From positions 1-64,000 of the forward strand of contig MU053396.1 of NCBI GenBank assembly GCA_013239625.1: a stretch of DNA of 64,000 bases, given 5' to 3'. Shown here piece after piece: positions 38,256-49,605 of this stretch (its first letter is position 1; each line of letters opens with the position of its first letter). A program made the position numbers and the translations under genes. The notes below the pieces were generated by a model, which saw only the letters and a list, made by a program, of their open reading frames with translations, was not told the DNA's origin and searched no databases. The stretch is from Lama guanicoe (taxonomy: Eukaryota).

Positions 38256-38709
38256 CCCTCTGTAAGATAAACTGATGTGGTTCCCTGACTCTGATCTCCT
38301 TTACTTGCCGTCAGCTCTGCACTGGGGAGTGGGCTACACTCTTTTCCAGGATGTATCGAAAAAGCATTGGATGGGGACTTACAGATTTGGGGTTTGCCAT
38401 GAACTGTGTCATTTAAGAAAGTTATTTAACTTCCGCGGTTCTCTGTATCTTCTGTAAATGGAGGGCTAGATGATGACCCCACAGGTCTCTTCTCTGCCAA
38501 TGTCTCAGATTCTGAGTACAAGTTCCTGAGAACAGAGTCACAGGGCACAGTATGAACATAAGAGTGGGCACCATGCTCAGTCCTTGAGGTGCTGGAGATG
38601 CAAACAACTCAACACTAACAGGCACCAAACTTCTGCTGACAAAGCTGCTGAGTGAATTTCAGAATCAAATACAAATAATTCCGGGACTGCCCCAGCCTGG
38701 TTCACCACA

Positions 38710-38724
38710 CCCGCCAGGGGGCGC
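38710..38724 (+). promoter_or_regulatory. Candidate CTCF site
   Basis: cccgccagggggcgc matches the CTCF core consensus. Confidence 0.55.
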
Positions 38725-39445
38725 CCACAGCCCCCCACTCAAGCTCTTAGTCCAACCCTTACACACTTTACCAGCATCACTGTGTGTCACTCCCTCCTCT
38801 TACACTGTGAGCCCTTAGAAGGCAGGACTACGTGGGTGCCTGGAATGTGACCATCTGGTAAACCTTTGTTGAATTCATGCTCCTAAAATGTTCAACTGGT
38901 AAAATCTGAACAGTCTCATTATTCACCCTGAGTTATACTTCTCACTGGTTGATGCCTTGATTGAACACTCAAACCCTTCACAAACTGTTTCAATAATGCT
39001 AAACACTCAAGAGACATTAACTAGAAATTATTAAATGACAACATATCTTCTAAACTCACTGTGTCAAATTTACCCTACCCTGGCACACACTAACTCCTGA
39101 CTCCTTGAAACATTTTTTTTCCTCTTTGTCCTTCATTGGCATGAATCTTACACATTAATCACACAGTCATACACAAATCATTCAAAATCCACCTCATTCA
39201 CTAAACTCTCCCTAACCACCGCGGTGTCACGCCTGTGAACTTCAGTAAATGATTCCTCTACTTCTCCGCCTAAAGATAGTTCTGATCTATGACATCACTG
39301 CATGTGCATCAAAGTGTCAATGAGGCGTCCCAAAAAGTATGGGTGGTGCCGCCCCATATTAATTGCAAGCTCTTTCAGGACAAGCACTAGGTTACACGGT
39401 CTGTTTTCCCACGTCCAGATCTCCCTAATTATATGCTAGGCATGT

Positions 39446-39485
39446 ATCTAGATCTAGATATATCTAGATATCTAGATCTAGATCT
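39446..39485. repeat. Self-complementary TCTAGA-based repeat
   Basis: atctagatctagatatatctagatatctagatctagatct. Confidence 0.85.
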
Positions 39486-42400
39486 CGTGATCTAATGAAA
39501 TTGCTGGGTTAATAATTAATTAATTAATGGCTCACAGAACCCCACCTTCAGTCTCAAGTGACGACTTGTGCACATACACCTGCCACCCCTGTCCCTATTG
39601 GAACACTTGTCTAAAGGACATCCTGCACCTGAAACCTGGGGTGAGGTGATGAGCACTGCTTCCCCTGTTCTCCCAGGCCCCCACCTGCTTTCTGCAGCAG
39701 GTGATGTTTGTTCAGACCACGCTCCGTGGTTTGGCTGTAGTATTGTTGCACTTTTTCAGATTTATTGGAAAATCTTCATCTGACTCATGAAGATCCTGGT
39801 CTTTTCATCACAGTAACTTGGCTCCTGTATCAACCACTGAACTCAAGGCTTTGCCTTCACCTCCTCACTGTCATGGGGATGAAGAGTTGTCATCCGTGAA
39901 CCAAAAGCACTAAGGCAGGGACTCCTGGAGCTGGTCAGACACAGCCACACAGAAATGCTGCAGAGAGTGTGACCCTAAGGTTACAATCAGTGGATTCAAA
40001 GTAAGCTCCGCTATTCATTGACTGAGATCCCTTCCCAGTGTGTGGGGAGTGAGTGTGTATGTCCTACGTGTGTCTGTGTGTGTAATAGGAGAGACAGGGC
40101 ACAAACATAAAATGATGGGAAAACAATTGTACCGCAACCTCACAAGTGAATTCAAATCCCATACTGAATAGGCACTGAGAGTATTTGGAGAAAAGCAGTG
40201 GAAATGTTAGTTCAACACCTCCATAAGAAAACGTTCCAGAAGGAAGTCGTTCTTGAGCAGGGCTTGAAGAGGTAGAGGGTGAGGAGGAGTGGGGGAGTTT
40301 GGGAAACTCTCTCATGGCGGAGAAAGAGGTGTCATTTGCCTGAATGTAGGACTCTCCCCCAGATCTCCTGCATCTCACCCGTGGTGGTTCCCTAACTCTC
40401 CCCACAAAGTCCCCTCCCCCAGATCACCTTTGTTGTCTTCGTGGAAAGCCCCCTGGCCTCAGAGTCAGGGAGTTCCCCCCTGCCACACCTTCTGTTTCCT
40501 GGGGCGGTCACTTCCCTCTGTGGCTTCAGTTTCAGTATCTCCAGAACAAAGCCACTAGGCTAGAAGGCCCAGGGCCTCCGGGTCCTACTATTTTGTAATT
40601 CTAGGGCTCCTGAAGTCAGCCGGTGGGTCCACGTGCTGAGTGTGGAGGTGGAGCAGGTGGAGGGAGGGAGCCCCCAGATAGAAGGCACAGCCTGCAGCTG
40701 TCCTCGTGCTGGCCACCCTGGTCTCAAATCTGTCCTTTCCATGTCAGGACTTTTGATCCCTTGTTCTTCCCTCATCTGGCACATTCCACCCCAGCGACCT
40801 GCCCTAACCTCTGGTCTTGCCCCTTCATCTCTGCTGAAACGCTACTTCCTCAGGGATGGTTCACTTCACCCCCAACATTTCCCCCCTGGCAAGTAGAGTT
40901 TCTCCCGCTTTTTGGCCAATGAGCATCACATGATCGCAAAGCCACCACCTGCCTCAGAAATTCCATGAAAACCACAAGTGTTTAGCTGTTGTTATTAGTG
41001 CCTGTAACAGTCCTGTATTAGCCATAGTGCGTCAGAGAAGCTGAGCCCCAAGATGCGCGTACATATATAGATAAAAATGCATTTAAAACTTGGCTGACAT
41101 GATTGTGGGCTACAATTCCAAAATGTGCCTGCTGGGTGGGGGTGGGTGAGCTGGAGACCAGGGCAGGGCTGATGTCACAAACTGAGTCCAAAGGCAGTCT
41201 GGGCGACAGAGTGCCTGGGCTGTACCTTCGTCACTCTGAGATTTAGAAAAACCGTCTGTTTATCATTCCCTGTATTGCACAACTTCTGAACAATGTGTTT
41301 GTATGGCTTTCTTTTTTTCTTATTGTTGGTGTGCTGTAAGTTTTTGGAAATAATAGTTGTGCTGTGTTTTGAAATCTATAAATTCAACAATTTAAAATAG
41401 ATTTCTAAGAGTAAACAGTGAGGATGAAGGACAAAGGAAGTTCGGAAACTTCTTAACATTCAGAAATTAACCAACACAATTTAAACCCATGGATTATACT
41501 GGTTTAAAGAAGAAATCAGAAGGGAAATTAGAAATCTTTTAAACTCGATGAAAATAAAATAAAAATTTGTGGGATGCTTCAAAAGCTGAGATTTATTACT
41601 TGAAACGAGCAATAAAAGACTCTTACAAGCAATTTAAGCAAATAAATTTGATGAGTATAAAAATGAACCAATTTCTTTAAAGACATCATTTACTGAACTG
41701 AATTAAGAAAAATTAGGAAAACTAATTAACCTCCTATGAATTAAAGAAATTAAATATGTAATTTTTTTTAATTCCACAAAGAAAATTCCAGGCTCTGATG
41801 GAGCCTGGTGAATTCTATCCAACATCGAAGTATGAACACCAGTCCTATACAAACTCTTGGAGAAACTGCAGAAGGAAGAAACACTTTCCAAATTGTTTTA
41901 TTAGGCTAGTAATACCCTGATACCAAAACCAGATAAAGACATCAAAAAAAGTAACTTCAAATCAGTATCACTCATGAATCTTAAGGAAACATCAGCAAGC
42001 GGAAGCCAACATAATATGAGCAAGAACGATTTATCTCAGGAGTCACCTTTGGATGAATATATAGAAATCAATGTAATGTATCATATTAATGTATCAAATC
42101 TCTCAGCACCCTGGGAGTAAAAGCCCACTTGTTTAATTTGATGAATGACATCGTCGGAAAAGCTAGAACTGACATCATACTTTATGGTGAATGACTGAAT
42201 ACTTTCGACTTAATGTAAGGAACAAGGCAAGGATGCCAACGCTCATCATTTCTACTTAAGGTCTAGTTCATTTCTATTGTACTAGAGGTCCTAGCCAGAG
42301 CATTGACCAAGGAAAAGCAATAAGAGAGATATAAATATAAAAAAGAAGTAAAGTGTATTCATTTGCCAATGACATAATTGTGGGCATAGAAATTCCCCAA

Positions 42401-45400
42401 AGAAAGCTTCTAGAACTCCAGGTAAACAAAAGGACACTGCAGGCTACAAGCTCAATTGGATTGCTATGTACCAGTAATGTAACATTAAGAAAATGAATAA
42501 TTTAAAATTCCATTCATAATAGCATCAAAATAAAATATTCAGGCATCATTTTAAAGAAAATGTACCAGATTTGAACCCTGAAGTCTACATAGTGCACCTG
42601 AGAGAAAGTAAAGAAAAACTAAAGAAATGGGGATAAACTCCGTATTCACTGATTGGCATCGTCAATATTGTTAAGGCCCCAGTTCTCCCAAAATCAATCT
42701 ATACATTAAAGCAATTCAATTCGGAATCCTAAACGCTAATCAAAACTCTGACAGTGTCTTTTAAGAAACTTACCCGCTGATTCTACAATTTATATGCAAA
42801 TACAAAGAACTTTGAATAGTCAAAATAATGACTGAAAAGGGAGCTCAGGTCTCCTGTCATCATCCCTGTGGCCACACGAGGGCGCCACCACCCTGCTCTC
42901 TCCTATTCAGCACAGCCAGAGGAGCAGAGGGATTGTGGTCTGAGTCAGAGAGAGATGGGAGATGAAGATGCCTTCGTAGTAGTTCTGGGTTCAGGCTGGA
43001 GCTGGGGCGGGGAGTGGAGGAGAGGAGAGCCCTGGAACCCTGCCCTGGCTCTAAGGTTGCCATCCTTTATCCTTTCACAACCTCATTGATGAAAGCAACC
43101 TGAAAAACTCAAAAGTTGATCAGTTTCTTCCACTGCCTTTTCACGTCTGGTGAATATTAAAAATTATTTGAATTTTAGTATAGTTTGAGATTTACAAAAA
43201 AAGTAGCAAAGTTAGTACGGAGTTACTGTATATCCCACACTCAGTTTCCCTGTGGGAACATCTTATTTCACTGTCATAGTTTTGTCACAGCTAATGAAGC
43301 AATATTGATACAATATTACTGAATTTTAAAATCTATCAAGATTTCATTAACTTTCCTTTTTTCTGATCCAGGATCCTATCAAAACCACACTGCACTGAGT
43401 CCCAGTCCTGTCTCCTTCAGATTTCTCGGGCTGTGGCAGACTTCCCCCGGTTTTGATGACCTTGACGTTTGGGGAGTACTGCTCAGGGATGTTGTAAGCT
43501 GTCTCTCATTTGACTTCATTGACTGGAGCAAAGGGTTTGGGGGGAAAAGACCACAGACATGAAGTGACATTCTCCACACACCCAGGGTGCGTACACTCCA
43601 CTTGATCATCACTAACAAGTTCACCTCGTCACCTGGCTACGGTATGTTTCCCAGGTTTCTCCTGGGAATTTTTACTTTTCCTTCCCCAATTTCCATACAG
43701 TAGTCTTTAGAAGAAAGCCACTAGATGCAGCCGACACTTGAGGGCTGCTCTGCTATAAACACTGGTGTGCAGAGTTTTGTGCAAATATAAGTTTTCAAAT
43801 GAGATGAAGCAGTACTGGAGTGATCAGCAGGTTGGATGGTGAGTCTATGTCTAGGGTTACAAGGAACTGCTGACCATCCCTGCAGTGGCCGTGCTGCTTC
43901 GTGTTCCTGCAGCAGTGCGGGGGGCTTCTGCGGCTCCACGTCCTGCTCAGCGCTTGGCATCTCCTGTTCTTGGATTCTAGCTGTTCTCATAGGTGTGATG
44001 GTGCATCACTGTTGTTTTTATTTACATATCCTGACAACATGATGTGGACCATCATTTCATATACATTTCCACTGATAAATCTTCTATGATGTAATGTTTA
44101 TCAGACTTTTCTCCACTTTTAAATTGTTGTCTGATTTCATATTGTTGAGTTTAAGAGTTCCATGTATATTCTAAAACAGGTCTTGTATCAGATATGTGAA
44201 TTTGCAAATAAATTCTCCCTGTCTATGGCGGGAGATATTTCTCAGATAACAGTATACAGCAATGCATAAATATATTTTTCTGAGAAGAGAAATGAGAAAT
44301 TACTAACTGCAGTGGCTTCTGAGTAGAGGACTTGGGTGACCAGGGGATGAGGGAAACAATATGACTTACTTATTTTTGTATACTCTTGAGTATCTTTTGA
44401 ATTCTCTTTTGTGCTCATAAATAATGTTTTCAAAAAGCACATGACATTAAAATCCCTTACACTTGTGAAACACTTGACATTCATCTTCAGCTCATATGTC
44501 AGGATGCACAGTCTGACCCTCTACTCCAGACCCATCACCTGTTGACTGAGCTCTTCTGCCACAGAAATTCCATCGCTGGAAAAGACAGGCTGGATTGTAT
44601 GGACAAATCTGTCCATGGATATAGCTAAAAATGCCACATGAAATACAAAAAAAAAGTTGTCAGAAGTACCAAAGAGTTTATAAGATACTAATAAATGACC
44701 ACATCACAAAAGAAGGGAGAGATCCTGCTTGGCTCCAGCTCTGCACCCCCTGCTCTTGCTCTTGTCTTTTTCTCTCCATCTGCCTTCCCTTTTAAAAATT
44801 TAACAAAGTTTTTAAATCCTGATTATGATATATATGTGTAATATATAATATATAATATAATGTATATTCACTGTAAAACAAAGTATAAATGTTAAAATGA
44901 TCAATAACAAAAAATTGAACTATAATTCTTACACCAGAGATATCTGTTTGTATTTTCTTTTAGTTTATTACACATCCTTCTGCTGATGCCCAAGTGCTGG
45001 AACTTTCTCTCTCTAAGTTGTTGAGCACGGACATCAGTGACCCCCACCCTGCACTCTCAGATGCCATGTTCTAAGTCAGCTCAATGTCCCACCTCCTGAG
45101 AGGACTCTCACTTGCTCCTCCCTCCTCAATCCCCTCCACTCCCTCCCCACTCCTTATTCTTAATGGTGAGGTTTTGTTTTCAGTCAGAAAATGAAAGAGG
45201 ACTCTGGTAAGAATGACATCATTATCCTCCCGCACTCCTGTATCTACACCTGTATCCTCACCTTCCCCCCAGTGATGATGGATGGGCCCTCCTGTCTAAG
45301 GCTGCCCCTCAGGGAGGGCACAGGGTGTGGCTCCTCCCTCCCCTGTATTATCACTCTCCCACTCTCTGCTGCCTCCTTCATTCCTGCCTACAGCTGCCAT

Positions 45401-45709
45401 TCCTCCCATTAAAATTAATCAAACAAATCTAAATAAATCAAAACAAAATACTCCCATAAACATCCACCACGCTATGTCCAGTTTCCTCCCAACACCTGCC
45501 CCATGTCTATGACTCTCCTTACAGAACAATTCCCGAATCCATCTCGCACCTACTGGGTTGTCTTTTTATTTTTAGCTAATGGATATATGAATAGACCTTT
45601 ACAAGTAAAATACTCCTGCAAGACTTGGTACCAAACAGATGTCCCCTGTCTTCCTTGTCCCTCTGTCTTCTGGATCTCAGAGACAAGCTATTTTTTGACT
45701 TTTAACTGA

Positions 45710-45836
45710 GGGGGGAGGGTATAGCTTAGTGGTGCATATGTGTTTAGTATGCACGAGGCCCTAGGTTCTCCCAAGTACCTTCATCAAAAAATAGACAAAT
45801 AAATAAACCTAATTCCCCCGCAAGAAATTTTTAAAA
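45710..45836 (+). mobile_element. tRNA-derived SINE, camelid-type
   Basis: ggggagggtatagcttagtgg (A-box), gccctaggttc (B-box remnant), A-rich tail. Absent at the paralogous position near 22570. Confidence 0.7.
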
Positions 45837-48553
45837 ACTTTCGGTTGATTCTCTGATTATTTCTTCTGTGCCTCTAAATAGCATGTTTATAATACTCCTT
45901 TGTTTTCAGTTTTATGTACCGTCTTTAGTTAATTGGTTCTTCTTTCACACACCACCATCCTCCCACTATAATTGTAATTCATAAACTTAGAAATCTTACC
46001 ATTTTGATTAGCTCATGGTGCAGTGTTTGCATTGTTATGATGATGGAAATGTTAGTCACAACTGAGCACTTAGCAGACCGATGATCACTTTTCTTTCCTT
46101 GAATGACTTTTTTTATTTTCCCTGGAATAAATAATACCTTAGTTTTGTTGTACTCACTTTAAATCATATCCAAACTCTCCACAGAGCCTAAGTCTTCCCA
46201 AATATCTTTGAGCACATCTCATATTCCACCAACTTCATCTCTATGCACAGACCTGTCCCACAGTCCTCAGTCCTGCCTGGTGTGGATGGGGTCCCTGCAC
46301 ACGTGGGGCAGGGCTGACGTCCCGGATCCCCTTCACCTCCTCCTAGGCAGCCCTCTCTGTCTCTTGTTTGGCTCCCCTGAGGTCTGGATCCCATGTGTTT
46401 CCTGTTCCTTGTTTTTTCATCATCCCCGCCTCCCCCACCAGCTTTGCCTAATAGTGTCCCAGGGAAAAGAGCACGGAAAGTACAACACTGACACTCTGAA
46501 ATGTCTTAGGCTCCCCTAGGCCTTACATGTTGACTTCATATTTAACTCTGTTGGAAATACTTGTTTTCTCTCAGAATTCAGAAGGCGTTGCTTCACTATC
46601 TTCTAGCCCCTTGAAGTTTTCAAGGTCTCTTCTTTTCCACCCTCTGTCTGAAATGTCATTGTGAAGTCTTGGGCTCGTTTTCATCCACTGCACTAAGAAT
46701 TTGGTTAGGCCATTCAAGATGTAAATGTTGGTCTTAATCTGAGTTTTCTTATGATTCCTACTCTCCATTATTTTTGAAACTCCTTTTATTAACTTGTTAG
46801 AATCCCTTGATTGACAGGCAAGTGTTCTAACAGGTCTTGTCTCCTCCTTGTCGGTACTTTTCCATCTACTTACTGACAGTATGACTCTAATCTTCCACTT
46901 CATCTGTTCAAGTATTCATTCTATGACATTATTTTTAATTCCTAAGAGCTCTTTTTCACTCTATGATTGTATACAATTATATAGAATTCTGGTTTTGTTC
47001 CGTATTCCATTATCTGCTCCATCTTTCAGATATTATTGATAACAGCGGCAGGGGACCTGTCAGGACTCCTGTTACCTGCTCTCATGAGCTCTTCCTCACG
47101 GCACTTAGCGCAGTCCTGATGTGCATCTGTCTCGGTCATTTCTGTCCCCCTCCCGCACAGCAGAGCCTGTCTCCCATCACCAGGCGCCTAACTGTTGCTC
47201 TCCTCGGGTGTCTCCAAATCCTGATACAAGGTGGCCTCAAAAGAGACGTTCCTTAACTTCTCTGAGTCTCCCTTTCCCTGTTTGCACAAAGGGACCACAT
47301 ATTGGGCCCCTCATGGGTTTGCTTTGAGGCATAATTTGACCCTGTATGTAAATCACATGGAATGACTGCCTGAGACATAGTCAGTTCTCCTCTACTCATA
47401 GTGACCATCATTACAGTGATTGTAGCATTGAGATTATTTCTACTCTTTGCTTCTATAATTCAAGATACATCCTTGAATGCGTATTTTTGAGAACATGTCT
47501 AATCATCTTCTTAGGATAAATTTCTAAAACAAAAATTTCTGTGTCAAAATGTAAGCATATTGAAATTGTTGAGACACTTTGCAAAGATGCCCTTCAGAAA
47601 TTTTGTAACTGTTTTCAATCCTATTAATCTTTATAACAGTGAATTTTTCCTATATTCCTTTCAAAATCAATACCCTCCTCATTTATTTTCATTTTGTCAA
47701 AATGGTGGATTTTAATTCATTCCCATTTCTTATTCCGCATTTTCATTTTTTGTTTACGTTTATTTATTGCTAATATATTTCTTTGACATTAGCGTTTCTT
47801 CTTTTCCAAATTGTTTCCTAATATCCTTTAGTTATTTTTCTTTTGGGATATAGTTACTTTAAAATATTGAATTCAGAAGGACAAAGCAGCCTCCGACCAC
47901 AGGAACTGGTCTGACACTTACACGGGCCTCAGTGTTGTGAGAAGCAGGGCCAGGGCTCCCCACTCGGCCGTGCCATTCTGCTGTTGACATAAGTCATCTC
48001 ACAGCACTTCGACATCAGACAGGGACACCTGAGACCATGACACAGGGAGAGAAGACAAGACCATGACATCATTATGTACATTGGAAGATCTATATAACTC
48101 AGTGAAACAATGTATTAGCTAAAAAATTTCGTTCATCAGTACAAGAGACATTCAGTGTGCAAGGCAGGCCTATGGATTTTAATGTAACAGAACAGGAAAT
48201 ATTCAGTTATATTGTTTCAGGCCCACTTTGCAAATAACCTTTGAGAAGCTACTGCTTGTGTAGTTTTAGTTTTGTATCAAAAAGGAACATTCCACAATTA
48301 TCTGAAAAGGTTATTAAAAATACTACTACTGCATATGTGTGAGCCTCTTTATAGACTTCAATCCAAATAAGGGATTAAACGCAGAAGCAAACTTGAAAAT
48401 CCAGTGGTCTTCTAATGAGACAGACAAGAAAGAGGCTTGCAAAAATGTAAAAATGTAAAAATGTAAAAATGTAAAAAGCTTCACCTTCTCACTACCATGC
48501 TTATTTTGGGAAATAGTCATTGTTCGTATTAAACGCAGTGGGATATTAATATT

Positions 48554-49076
48554 TGTTGCAGCCAGCGCAACAATGGCTCCTGTAAACAGACAGGCGACAC
48601 AGCCCTTATGAAAAACAGACACAAGAGTAAGATAAAAAATGGGACCAGGGGAGTCAAGACCTCATGAATCAAGAGCCCTGAATGCCCAGTCTGCATCATA
48701 TTTATTATGATTCTCTAGCAGGAAATAACCTAAGAGTAGTTTAGAGGGTGACTGAAGCCTAGTAGCAAGCACCAGGCCCCCAGCGCTCTAGGTTAGTTAT
48801 TAAAAGATAGTCATCGTCCTGTCTCCTCCTGGCTTCATTCTTCCAACTTGTGAATTGGTCAGGTCTGTGTCACAGACAGCCTTTTGACCTCCCTTTAGCA
48901 AAGGCAGAGTGTAAATGCCAGAGCAGTTTTCTGCTCATGTTTGCTCAGTTTTCTGAGACTAACATCATTTGCCTCCAGGAAGCATCTGGTTTCTGTTTAA
49001 CAGTCTTAAGCTGTTAAAGGGAATTTTGTATACTAGTTATTCTTTAGGAGACATCACATTGTTCTGTATTCCCACG
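48554..49076 (-). mobile_element. Solo LTR (523 bp) with 6-bp target-site duplication AATATT
   Basis: Starts TG and ends CG (decayed CA). AATATT on both sides (48548-48553, 49077-49082). Absent from the unit B paralog at about 25795. Strand inferred from tttatt at about 48701. Confidence 0.7.
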
Positions 49077-49489
49077 AATATTTACCTAAGTGAATTATTT
49101 AAATTGAAGTGCTGTCAATTACAACGTGTCAATCTCTGGTGTACAGCACAATGTCCCAGTCTTACATATACATATATATTCGTCTTCATATTTTTTCCAT
49201 TAAAGGTTATTATGATTTTTTAAATTTAACAGTATTATTCCTAGTATGGAAAATATCGATAGAAGTAGCCACGGAAACAACATTATCATCCTTAAGGTGT
49301 TCCTAACTTGGAAGACTGTATAGATATTCTGACCAAAAGCTTTGAAAACCTGGGACAGGACTCAGTGAGATGATGTGAAGAACAGCTCTCAGTGCAGGAG
49401 GGGTGGGATCACAGCAAAGTCCCAGTTCCCCGGGAGGCCGTGGCTCTCGGGGGTGGAGGGGTCTCATCGAGGGCGGGGACGATCTGTGC

Positions 49490-49605
49490 TGGGGATGCCC
49501 CATATCCCGGGGCCTTCCTGCCTGGACACCCGTGACGCGGTACCAGTTCTCACTCCCATCGGTGTCGCGTTTCTAGAGAAGCCAATCGGTTTCCACTTAC
49601 AAACT
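49490..49605 (+). promoter_or_regulatory. Promoter of copy C lacking the ISRE and S box
   Basis: kB1-like ggggatgcccc (49491-49501) is joined almost directly to the X1/X2 box (cgtgacg). CCAAT at 49582-49586. Confidence 0.75.
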
